A stretch of DNA of 64,000 bases from an uncultured Alphaproteobacteria bacterium (GTDB lineage: Bacteria; Pseudomonadota; Alphaproteobacteria; JAJFIK01): NCBI GenBank assembly GCA_964522525.1, contig CAZFWG010000001.1, positions 36,341 to 100,340 on the forward strand, given 5' to 3'. Of this stretch, positions 18,905 through 26,511 are shown one piece after another; the first letter of the stretch is position 1; each line of letters opens with the position of its first letter. A program made the position numbers and the translations under genes. Under the pieces are notes generated by a model. It worked only from the letters and a program-made list of their open reading frames with translations. It made no database searches and was not told where the DNA came from.

Positions 18905-21658
18905 GTGATCATCTCCCACAAATACCAATTCATCTTCATTCGGACCAGCAAGACCGCTGGAACCAGCGTCGAGATCAGCCTGTCGCGGTTCTGCGGCCCC
19001 GACGATGTGGTGACGCCCCTGGACCCGGAAGAGGAATATGTCCGGCGGGACTTGGGTGTCCATCCCCGGCATTTTCTGCGTCCTCCGTTCCAGTTTCTGG
19101 CGGGCAACATGCTCAATCTCTTTCAGGTTCATCCCCCGTCCGGCCGCCTGCTGACGCGGATAGTGGGTCAGCGCTATTCCGCCTTCATGTCCGCCCGCGA
19201 GGTCAAAGCGCGGGTGGGCCCCGACATCTGGGACAGCTATACCAAATTCGCCATCGAACGGGACCCGCTCGACCGGTTGATGTCGTCCTACTATGCGGAT
19301 CTGGTGGCGGACCGGGTGCGGACCATCGACGAGTTCATGGCCCAGCCGACGCTTGAGTCCAATTTCGAGACCTATTCCCAGGACGGGGAGATCATCGTCG
19401 ACCGGATCCTGCGCTACGATCAGCTTAAAGAGGAGCTGCGGGACCTGTGTGGCCAGTTGGGCGTGCCCTTTGACGGCTGGCTGCCCCGCGCCAAGGCCAA
19501 CAACCGACGCAACAAGCGCAACTGGCGGGACTTGCTGGACGAGACGCAGATCGACCGGATCTGGTTTGAATGCGCGCGGGAATTCCGTGTCTTGAAGGAT
19601 TTGGGAGCGCCGCTTCCGGAGGAAGTCCTGCCGCTGGTCGAGCCGGCCCCGGCTCCCCGTCCCAAGGCGCCCGCAACCGAAGCGCCCCGATCGGAAACAC
19701 CAAGACCGGAAACACCCAGACCGCAGGCGCCCAAGCCGGAGAAAATCCGTCCGGCGGCACCAAAGACGCCGGCGCCCGAACCGGCCGCAACGAGACCAGC
19801 CGAAACCATCGCCAGGTCCGAGGGACCATCGGACCGGATCAATCGGAAGCCGGCCGCCGCCCCAAGCGCCGCGAAGCCGGTCCGCAAACCCGTGCGGGTG
19901 CGTCCCCAGGATCGGGCGCCCGAGCCCATTGTGGATCCTCTGCCGGCGCATCATCCGGGCCCGGCGCCCTCGGCGCCCCCATCCTCCGCGCGCGGCCAGA
20001 GCCCGCTTTCCGGGGAACTCCTGTCGGAAATCGACGCCCCCGCCCGGGATCCCGTGGTGCCCGAACCCGCGGTGGCGGAGGAACCCGCTCCCGTGCAAGG
20101 CACGCCAAAGGCGCGTCCCTGGCTTGATCCGGAACCGGCGGTGACCCCGTTGGAACGGGTCAATGGGCGGGGGGGCAAGCAAGACAAGACCGTCGCGTCC
20201 GCCGGCCGTCCGAAGACGCCGCGCCCGCCAAAGGAGCCCGTCGATCCGCTTGTGGATGTGCTGGCCGAGGTCAAGGCCGATCTGGTTCGCCCGAAGGGGC
20301 CCCTGCGGCCTGTTCCCTTGGACGAGGAGAAAGCGCCTCGGGATGGCGAGCCGTCACCGGCGGGGACCGTGTCCGAGGTGGCGGGCACGCAGGGCGGCGC
20401 CGTTGATCCCGCAGCCCCGAAATCCGCCGCCGGACCTTACGAAACCGTTGATAAGACCCTGGTCGATCACGATGCTGCGGAAATCGACGTGGCGGATGAC
20501 GGGCCCGATGGTTTTCCGGATGCGGCCGTCATGTCGAGCCTGCCGCAGGAGGAAACCGCGCCCCGTCCCCAGCCCGATGAGGGGCTGGACGCGGATGAAC
20601 TCCTCGGCTCGATCCGGGCCATTCAAGCGGTGCGCGCGGCTCAGGTGCCTGAAGGCGACGCCGTCTTGAGCTATGACGATGTGTGGCAGGGGGAGAAAAC
20701 CCCACAAGCGCCGCCGCCCGTTGAACCGGCGCCCCCCGCACGGGTCCCGGATCCGGAGCAGCGTCCGGCCCCGGTTCCCCCACAAGCTCCTGCAACGCAG
20801 CCGCCGCAAACGGACAGTGGATCGGCGCCTTTGTCCCCCTCCGCCATGATGGCCAAGGCCAAGGAAGGTCTTCCGAGCAAGGAATCTTTCCAGGCGCAGC
20901 TCAAGGCGGAGATCGAGAAATCACTGCGCAATGCCTTGAGCGAGGCTCTGGTGTCGCGCCGCATTGCCGAGGCCCTGCAAAAGCGGGTGGCCCGGAAAGA
21001 AGAACCGAGCGAAGCGGAAGAGGCGCTAAGCCAAATCGAGACAGCACCGGCGCCCCAAACTGAATCAAACGAGCCTCCCCTGTCCCGGGACGAGTCACCG
21101 TCAGCGCCCGTGCCATCGGTCCCCGAATCCAGTCCGGCCATCGCCATGCTGGAGCGTTTCCAGGAAAAATGGGCCCCGCTTTTGCGTCCGGAAACGGCAC
21201 GCGACCAAGGCAGCCAAAAGCTGAACGAGCCGCGCGCGCCGGCGCTTCCCGCCGCTTCGGGTTCGGGCCGCCCATCCGTTTCGCCGCCCCTGCAGGAAAC
21301 GCCGGTCGAGGCTTCGGCGAAGGCCGCGCCTGAGATCCAGATCGCCGCGCCGGATCCTCGACAGGTCCGGACCCAAACGGTGAAGGTCCCTCCCGCGCGC
21401 ACGCCGGGCATGTTCGATGAGACCGGGGCCGGGGGCCCGTTGACCCTGGCGCCGCCGGAACCGCCCGCTTGGCTCGATGATGACGATCTTTCCTGGTTGC
21501 CGGGATATGAATCCGACGACGAGGATGGTCCTTTCCCGGACGGGCTCGGCGGCCCGACCAGTGGTGCCGACAGCACAATGGTGACCACGGCGGCGCCCCC
21601 CGGCCAGACGGCCCCTGTGCCGGGTGTGCCCATCCTGCCGTCAACGCCCAGCAAATAA
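18905..21658 (+). CDS. NodH-like sulfotransferase domain (~250 aa) fused to a ~650-aa Pro/Ala/Glu-rich low-complexity tail
   Basis: N-terminus KYQFIFIRTSKTAGTSVE matches the PAPS 5'-phosphosulfate-binding loop of Sulfotransfer_3/NodH-type enzymes. The rest is compositionally biased (PAPEP/PRPETPRP-like repeats). It uses a GTG start. Codon usage is uniform across the whole ORF. Confidence 0.6.
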   Translation: MIISHKYQFIFIRTSKTAGTSVEISLSRFCGPDDVVTPLDPEEEYVRRDLGVHPRHFLRPPFQFLAGNMLNLFQVHPPSGRLLTRIVGQRYSAFMSAREVKARVGPDIWDSYTKFAIERDPLDRLMSSYYADLVADRVRTIDEFMAQPTLESNFETYSQDGEIIVDRILRYDQLKEELRDLCGQLGVPFDGWLPRAKANNRRNKRNWRDLLDETQIDRIWFECAREFRVLKDLGAPLPEEVLPLVEPAPAPRPKAPATEAPRSETPRPETPRPQAPKPEKIRPAAPKTPAPEPAATRPAETIARSEGPSDRINRKPAAAPSAAKPVRKPVRVRPQDRAPEPIVDPLPAHHPGPAPSAPPSSARGQSPLSGELLSEIDAPARDPVVPEPAVAEEPAPVQGTPKARPWLDPEPAVTPLERVNGRGGKQDKTVASAGRPKTPRPPKEPVDPLVDVLAEVKADLVRPKGPLRPVPLDEEKAPRDGEPSPAGTVSEVAGTQGGAVDPAAPKSAAGPYETVDKTLVDHDAAEIDVADDGPDGFPDAAVMSSLPQEETAPRPQPDEGLDADELLGSIRAIQAVRAAQVPEGDAVLSYDDVWQGEKTPQAPPPVEPAPPARVPDPEQRPAPVPPQAPATQPPQTDSGSAPLSPSAMMAKAKEGLPSKESFQAQLKAEIEKSLRNALSEALVSRRIAEALQKRVARKEEPSEAEEALSQIETAPAPQTESNEPPLSRDESPSAPVPSVPESSPAIAMLERFQEKWAPLLRPETARDQGSQKLNEPRAPALPAASGSGRPSVSPPLQETPVEASAKAAPEIQIAAPDPRQVRTQTVKVPPARTPGMFDETGAGGPLTLAPPEPPAWLDDDDLSWLPGYESDDEDGPFPDGLGGPTSGADSTMVTTAAPPGQTAPVPGVPILPSTPSK

Positions 21659-21715
21659 GATCGCTGGGGCCAATAAGGCAATTTAGAAGGATTTCTGCCT
21701 ACCTTCTCGGAAAAC

Positions 21716-21751
21716 GGGGAGGACGCGTCGAGGCGTCCGTCCCCTGTTTTT
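21716..21751 (+). terminator. Putative rho-independent terminator between the sulfotransferase and the histidine kinase
   Basis: Stem GGGGAGGACGC / GCGTCC(G)TCCCC with one bulge, followed by TGTTTTT. Confidence 0.5.
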
Positions 21752-21767
21752 CGGGAGTGCCTTTGCC

Positions 21768-23579
21768 ATGATACGGAGGCTGTGGGCCGGCTGGCTGGGC
21801 TGGATCGACCGTTTCGCGGTCGAAGGCGCCGGTGAGGACTTCGTCGCAATCGTCCGTTACCGGACTTTGGCGACGACCAGCCTGCTGATTACCCTCCTCA
21901 TGCTGCCGAGCCCCGTCCGAGGCTACTTCGTGCTTGACCTGCCGGACTGGGTCGTGGGCTATCATGTCCTGTGTCTGCTCATGGTCGCGGCCGCCATGCC
22001 CACGATGGTCTTGACACGACACATTATATGGCCGACGACACAGATTGTGGCCGGCTTATATCTTTCCGTGATCGAAACAGGCCTGCGGGCCGGCGGTCTT
22101 GACGGCGCCACATCCCAGATCCTGGCTATTCTTCCCCTGGCCGCCGGTCTGATGCTGGGTATGCGCTATTGCCTCATTTGTGGTCTGATCGTTGTCTTGA
22201 CTTATGGCTTTTTGTTCTATGTTTCCGTCAGTCTTCCCGCCGCACCAATGGCCTCACCGTCCAGCGGGCCGGGCAGACAACTCCTCTACTATGTGATCGT
22301 CACCCTCGGCATCACCGGTTTCACCTTTGCGCTTCTTCTGATCCTGAAACATGCTGTCCGCTCTCTCGAGCAGGCCAGGGACATCGCCGATGCGGCCAAT
22401 CGGCAAAAATCCGAGTTCCTCGCCAATATGAGCCATGAAATCCGGACACCCATGAACGGCGTTCTGGGACTGCTCCATATTGCCCGTGAGAAGAACGCAT
22501 CGCCGGACGTCGGCGACCTGTTGGACGACGCCCATGCAAGTGCGGGTCTGCTGCTGGACATCATCAATGACATCCTGGATTTCTCGAAGCTGGAAGCTGG
22601 CTGTATGGCCATCCACGCCCGGCCCTTCGCGTTCAAGGAGACGGTCCGGCGGGTCGCCGCCCTCGTGAAGCCGAAAGCGGTCGAGAAGGGGCTCGATTTC
22701 CGGATCTCCTTTGACGCTGACATCCCCCCGTGCCTCATCGGAGACGAGACGCGACTTCAGCAGATCCTTTTCAATATCCTGGGCAACGCCGTCAAATTCA
22801 CGGATCAGGGCCGGGTCGATCTGCGGGTCACCGCGTTTGAGATCCAGGCGGAGCACGTCTCGCTGCGTATGGAGGTTGAGGATACGGGGCCCGGCCTTTC
22901 CGATTTCGACCGATCAAGGGTGTTTGAACGGTTTACCCAAGTCGATTCATCGGTGACTAAGACCAAAGGCGGCACGGGCCTGGGCCTTGCGATCTGCAAG
23001 CAGTTGGTGGATCTCATGGACGGGCGGATCGGTGTGGCCAGCCGGGAGGGCGAGGGGAGCTTGTTCTGGATAGAGATCACCCTGCCCATCGATCATGTCG
23101 GGGACATTCAACATCAGGACGAGACCAGCGTTGCATCGGGGGGACGGGCACTCCGGATATTGGTCGCCGAAGACAATATGATCAATCAGAAGATCATCGT
23201 TCTGATGCTGGAGAGTCTTGGGTTTGAACCGCCGATCCTCGTGGAGGACGGTCAGGCAGCCCTCGATATGCTGGGGACGAATGAGTTTGACGTGGCCCTT
23301 CTTGATATTCAGATGCCGACCAAGGACGGGTTGACCGTCGCCCGAGAGGCGCGTGCCCGATTGCAGAACGTCCCGCCCCTGATTGCCGTGACCGCCAATG
23401 CGATGGCCGGGGATGAAGAACGCTATTTGGACAATGGTTTTGACGGTTATGTCTCAAAACCCTTGAGTGCCCAGGCCCTCTGGACGGAGATCACCCGGGT
23501 CACTTGCGCATCGCGCAGCGTCGCTCAGCCGGGCAGGTCGCACAGTCAAGATCCGCCTGGAAGCCGCTCCGTTGCATGA
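21768..23579 (+). CDS. Hybrid sensor histidine kinase/response regulator (membrane-embedded sensor, HisKA, HATPase_c, C-terminal receiver)
   Basis: About six N-terminal TM helices. H-box ANMSHEIRTPMNG. N/G boxes LGNAVKFT and GGTGLGLAICK. Receiver domain has LVAEDN...DVALLDIQMP...VSKP. Confidence 0.8.
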   Translation: MIRRLWAGWLGWIDRFAVEGAGEDFVAIVRYRTLATTSLLITLLMLPSPVRGYFVLDLPDWVVGYHVLCLLMVAAAMPTMVLTRHIIWPTTQIVAGLYLSVIETGLRAGGLDGATSQILAILPLAAGLMLGMRYCLICGLIVVLTYGFLFYVSVSLPAAPMASPSSGPGRQLLYYVIVTLGITGFTFALLLILKHAVRSLEQARDIADAANRQKSEFLANMSHEIRTPMNGVLGLLHIAREKNASPDVGDLLDDAHASAGLLLDIINDILDFSKLEAGCMAIHARPFAFKETVRRVAALVKPKAVEKGLDFRISFDADIPPCLIGDETRLQQILFNILGNAVKFTDQGRVDLRVTAFEIQAEHVSLRMEVEDTGPGLSDFDRSRVFERFTQVDSSVTKTKGGTGLGLAICKQLVDLMDGRIGVASREGEGSLFWIEITLPIDHVGDIQHQDETSVASGGRALRILVAEDNMINQKIIVLMLESLGFEPPILVEDGQAALDMLGTNEFDVALLDIQMPTKDGLTVAREARARLQNVPPLIAVTANAMAGDEERYLDNGFDGYVSKPLSAQALWTEITRVTCASRSVAQPGRSHSQDPPGSRSVA

Positions 23580-23604
23580 CCGGCTGTGAAGTCTGGACCT
23601 GCGC

Positions 23605-24354
23605 CTAGAGCCGTCGAACGCTTTCGGGATCAATCCGAAAACGGAGAATGGCGCCGGCCTGTTCCAATTGGCCGGATGCCTCGATGGGATCCGCCACATA
23701 CCGCAGGAGCGAGTCCGGCATCGGATTGCCATCCGGATCGGTGATCAGAGCATTCGTGAAGCCGTTTTCGTGGCGCACAACGAAATGGGGCGGCACGCCC
23801 CCGATCAGGCAGAGCGTGGCGCAGGCCTTGTGAGCCTTCCCCGCGCCGGGCTTCATGACACCCAGAAAGCATTTGCTGTCGACAATTTCCCCACGGATCG
23901 TCCGAGGTCCAAGGCTTTCGATGAGGAGGGGCGTGACGCCCGACGTGCCGAAGGCGGTAATCGCCTCGTCGCCGTCAATGAACTCGATCGAGACGCGCCC
24001 CTGGCGCTCGATATAGAAGCCCTGAACCCGAACACGCTGGTCTTCGAGACCTTCGACCCGATCCTCCACGCCCAGTTTCCCAGTGGAAATCAGAGTGGCG
24101 ACTTTCTCGACACCGTCTTCCGTGTAGAACAGCATCGGGTAGGGGATGCGGCGCAGGGTTCCTTCGAAGGTCCGCGCCTCATCGCTGAGCCACCGACCGG
24201 TGCCGGGATCCTGCTGGGCGCCCGCGAGAAGGACGGCAAGGCCCGCGCTGGCCCCGAACAGGAATGCGGTCAGGATCATCATGGAGATGGCAAGACCGCG
24301 TGGCATGGGGGCAAGGCCGATATAGAACGGGCTTTCCGATGTCTTCTCTGCCAT
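23605..24354 (-). CDS. Membrane-anchored hypothetical protein with a C-x15-C-x3-C motif; last gene of the Rieske operon
   Basis: One N-terminal TM helix (AISMMILTAFLFGASAGLAVLLA). Contains CFLGVMKPGAGKAHKACATLC. GGAGGGA RBS before the ATG at 24354. Lies 10 nt downstream of the FRD-Rieske gene. Confidence 0.5.
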   Translation of the reverse strand: MAEKTSESPFYIGLAPMPRGLAISMMILTAFLFGASAGLAVLLAGAQQDPGTGRWLSDEARTFEGTLRRIPYPMLFYTEDGVEKVATLISTGKLGVEDRVEGLEDQRVRVQGFYIERQGRVSIEFIDGDEAITAFGTSGVTPLLIESLGPRTIRGEIVDSKCFLGVMKPGAGKAHKACATLCLIGGVPPHFVVRHENGFTNALITDPDGNPMPDSLLRYVADPIEASGQLEQAGAILRFRIDPESVRRL

Positions 24355-24366
24355 CACTCCCTCCGT

Positions 24367-25425
24367 CTACGCGCCATTCGGTGAAGCTGGGATCACGGCG
24401 GGTGCCTCCGGTGTGCCCGGCGGATTGGCTTTGGCATTGACCCAGACGATGCCGTCCTGAATGCCCACGCGATAGGTCGCAATCTTTTCCTGGTAGGGCG
24501 GCGGGGATTGCCCGCTTTCCGGCAGATATTGGTAGCCGTGCCAGGGACAGGTGATGCAGCCGTCGACGACGCGCCCTTCACCCAGGGGGCCGTTCTGATG
24601 GGCACAGACATTGCTGACGGCGGCGATCTTTCCGTCATATCGGAAGACGGCGATGCTGTCTTCGGGCCGGTGGATGATCTTGGCACGGTTGTTCGCGATA
24701 CTGTCGATGGGACCGACCTCGATCCACTCCTCGTCGATCACGGGGGAAACCCGGTCCGCGAAGGCCCGGCTCGTGCTGGTGATCAGGTGAAGCCCGCCGA
24801 CCCAGATGACGCTGCCCGCCAAAAGAGCCCAATAGGTCATGGACACTTCGTCCTGAAGAATGCCGAGTGCGATATGGACGCACAATGCCGCATAGGCGAC
24901 ATAGACGAACATATGAAGCGCCTTCCACAAGGGCGGCGACAGATTGGCGAGCCAGAAATCATGACTGGTCGCCGCCATCACGAACAAGACGATCAGCGCG
25001 AAGAACCCGAAGACTTCAAAGGGAATGACGGCGGTGGTCGAATAGTCCGCACTGGTGGCAAACAGGGAGACCAGAGGGCTGAGCACGCCGAAGCCGTGAT
25101 ACCATCCGAGGGCGATCACAAAATGGAAAAGCGCGATGAAGAAGGTGACCACACCGAAATGGCGCCGATTGTACAGCAGCGGCAGGAAGACCGTATTGAG
25201 TCGCGCCAGCGGACCGATGGACAGGATGATGGTCAGCATCAGGAAGGCACAGGTACCGAGCGCCCGGATCGCCATGATCGGCGGGCTGATCTCGTGGCCG
25301 GGTTCGGCGGTCAGAATGGAGACGACCATGAAGGTGACGAGATAGAGAACCACGCCCAGGCCCAGAAACAGATCATAGATCTTCTTGTTCCGGTTCCAGA
25401 GAACCATATTGTATCCGACGGCCAT
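24367..25425 (-). CDS. Fusion of a ferric-reductase-like (FRD/MsrQ-type) di-heme transmembrane domain with a C-terminal Rieske [2Fe-2S] domain
   Basis: Six predicted TM helices with two H-x12-H pairs on separate helices (RRHFGVVTFFIALFH and LHMFVYVAYAALCVH), the bis-His heme-b ligation pattern of FRD domains. The C-terminus has Rieske boxes CAHQNGPL and CPWHGYQY. Strong GGAGGGAG RBS. Confidence 0.7.
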   Translation of the reverse strand: MAVGYNMVLWNRNKKIYDLFLGLGVVLYLVTFMVVSILTAEPGHEISPPIMAIRALGTCAFLMLTIILSIGPLARLNTVFLPLLYNRRHFGVVTFFIALFHFVIALGWYHGFGVLSPLVSLFATSADYSTTAVIPFEVFGFFALIVLFVMAATSHDFWLANLSPPLWKALHMFVYVAYAALCVHIALGILQDEVSMTYWALLAGSVIWVGGLHLITSTSRAFADRVSPVIDEEWIEVGPIDSIANNRAKIIHRPEDSIAVFRYDGKIAAVSNVCAHQNGPLGEGRVVDGCITCPWHGYQYLPESGQSPPPYQEKIATYRVGIQDGIVWVNAKANPPGTPEAPAVIPASPNGA

Positions 25426-25468
25426 GGTGTCTCCCTCCGATCCGCGGTCCTCCGCGGTCTGTCAGCAG

Positions 25469-25651
25469 TCAGGCAAATCCGAGTGGGTCGGCAGAAAGGG
25501 GCATGCTCTGGGACCGCACGCCCAAACCTTCTTCCAGGGGCACGACCGGTGTTTCCCGGCGCGCCTCATAGGCGAGGATGAGGGCGAGCAGGGTCAAGGG
25601 CAAAAGGATCAGCCAGATGATCAGATGGGCACGTCTCTGGGCGCGCTTCAT
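25469..25651 (-). CDS. Small membrane protein (60 aa)
   Basis: Single TM helix LIIWLILLPLTLLALILA after a basic N-region. Starts 3 nt after the stop of the 77-aa gene. GGGGAAGG RBS. Confidence 0.4.
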   Translation of the reverse strand: MKRAQRRAHLIIWLILLPLTLLALILAYEARRETPVVPLEEGLGVRSQSMPLSADPLGFA

Positions 25652-25654
25652 GGT

Positions 25655-25888
25655 TCAAGCCTTCCCCTCTCGGGCGGGAATCCCGCCGCGAATCCAATGG
25701 TAAAGCAGAACAGGCCACAAGGCCACGCTTCCCGGGATGAGCAGGAGACGGACGGAAAGCTTGGCGCCCTTGGCGTTGGGGTCGACGCGGCCGATGCCGA
25801 TCGTGACAAAGATGACGGCGAAGATCAGTCCCGCCGCGAAATAGAGGGCCAAGGCGCTGACGATCATTTCCGCCGTTTGAATGTCCAT
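25655..25888 (-). CDS. Small two-TM membrane protein (77 aa)
   Basis: Two hydrophobic helices. GGAAAGG RBS 6 nt upstream. Tightly spaced within the operon. Confidence 0.45.
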   Translation of the reverse strand: MDIQTAEMIVSALALYFAAGLIFAVIFVTIGIGRVDPNAKGAKLSVRLLLIPGSVALWPVLLYHWIRGGIPAREGKA

Positions 25889-25917
25889 GATGCCTTTCCC
25901 GGTGCCGTTCGGTTGTC

Positions 25918-26511
25918 TCAGGAAGGAAGCGGCAGCGCTTCGTTCCGTTCAAGGTGTAATGCGTTGCGGCTTCCCGTTGTCCGCCAGAGGGCGGCCGCCA
26001 GAAGCACGCCGTATCCGGCCTGTATCCAGGGCGAAAGACCCGCCCATTGCCGCGCGGTCTCGGGCGCCATGCCCAGCAGCATGAACAGGCCCCCCGATTG
26101 ATCCGTACCGACACAGTGGCCGAGCAGGCCGGGGCCCACGGCGATGACGAGCCCGAACGCCGCCAGGACCATGAGGCTTGCCCGGTTGGTTTCGATGGCG
26201 CGCGCCCATGCAAGACCCATCAACACCGCAAGGCCCACGGACAGAACCACCTGGGTCAGGGTCACCGCATAGGAACGTTCCACGGGCATGCGGGCGGCAA
26301 GGTCGATCTCAAAAACGGGCAGGGCCCAGATCACTGCAGGATCCAAGACATGGAGCGTGGGCCAGGCCCGCCACAGGGGGGCGTCGAAAGCAAGCCGCAG
26401 GCTGCCGATTTCGCCATAGACAAAGAGCGCCGCCACCAGACCCGGCAGGGTGAAAACCGCATAAAGCGCCAACAGCACAAGGCCGAGGCGCACGGTCAGG
26501 CGCTCCGTCAT
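25918..26511 (-). CDS. Integral membrane protein (~197 aa, 5-6 TM helices), function unknown
   Basis: Start MTERLTV, whose ATG overlaps the TGA of the upstream Rieske-TPP gene (ATATGA). The upstream 39 codons of the ORF look non-coding. Confidence 0.5.
   Translation of the reverse strand: MTERLTVRLGLVLLALYAVFTLPGLVAALFVYGEIGSLRLAFDAPLWRAWPTLHVLDPAVIWALPVFEIDLAARMPVERSYAVTLTQVVLSVGLAVLMGLAWARAIETNRASLMVLAAFGLVIAVGPGLLGHCVGTDQSGGLFMLLGMAPETARQWAGLSPWIQAGYGVLLAAALWRTTGSRNALHLERNEALPLPS

Noticed and set aside
18752-21849. Long minus-strand ORFs 18752..20182, 19951..20388, 20671..21849 and 20901..21644
   Set aside because: All antisense to the sulfotransferase-tail gene. The tail's Pro/Ala/Glu codon bias keeps opposite frames open. 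Translations are Arg/Gly/Pro junk.
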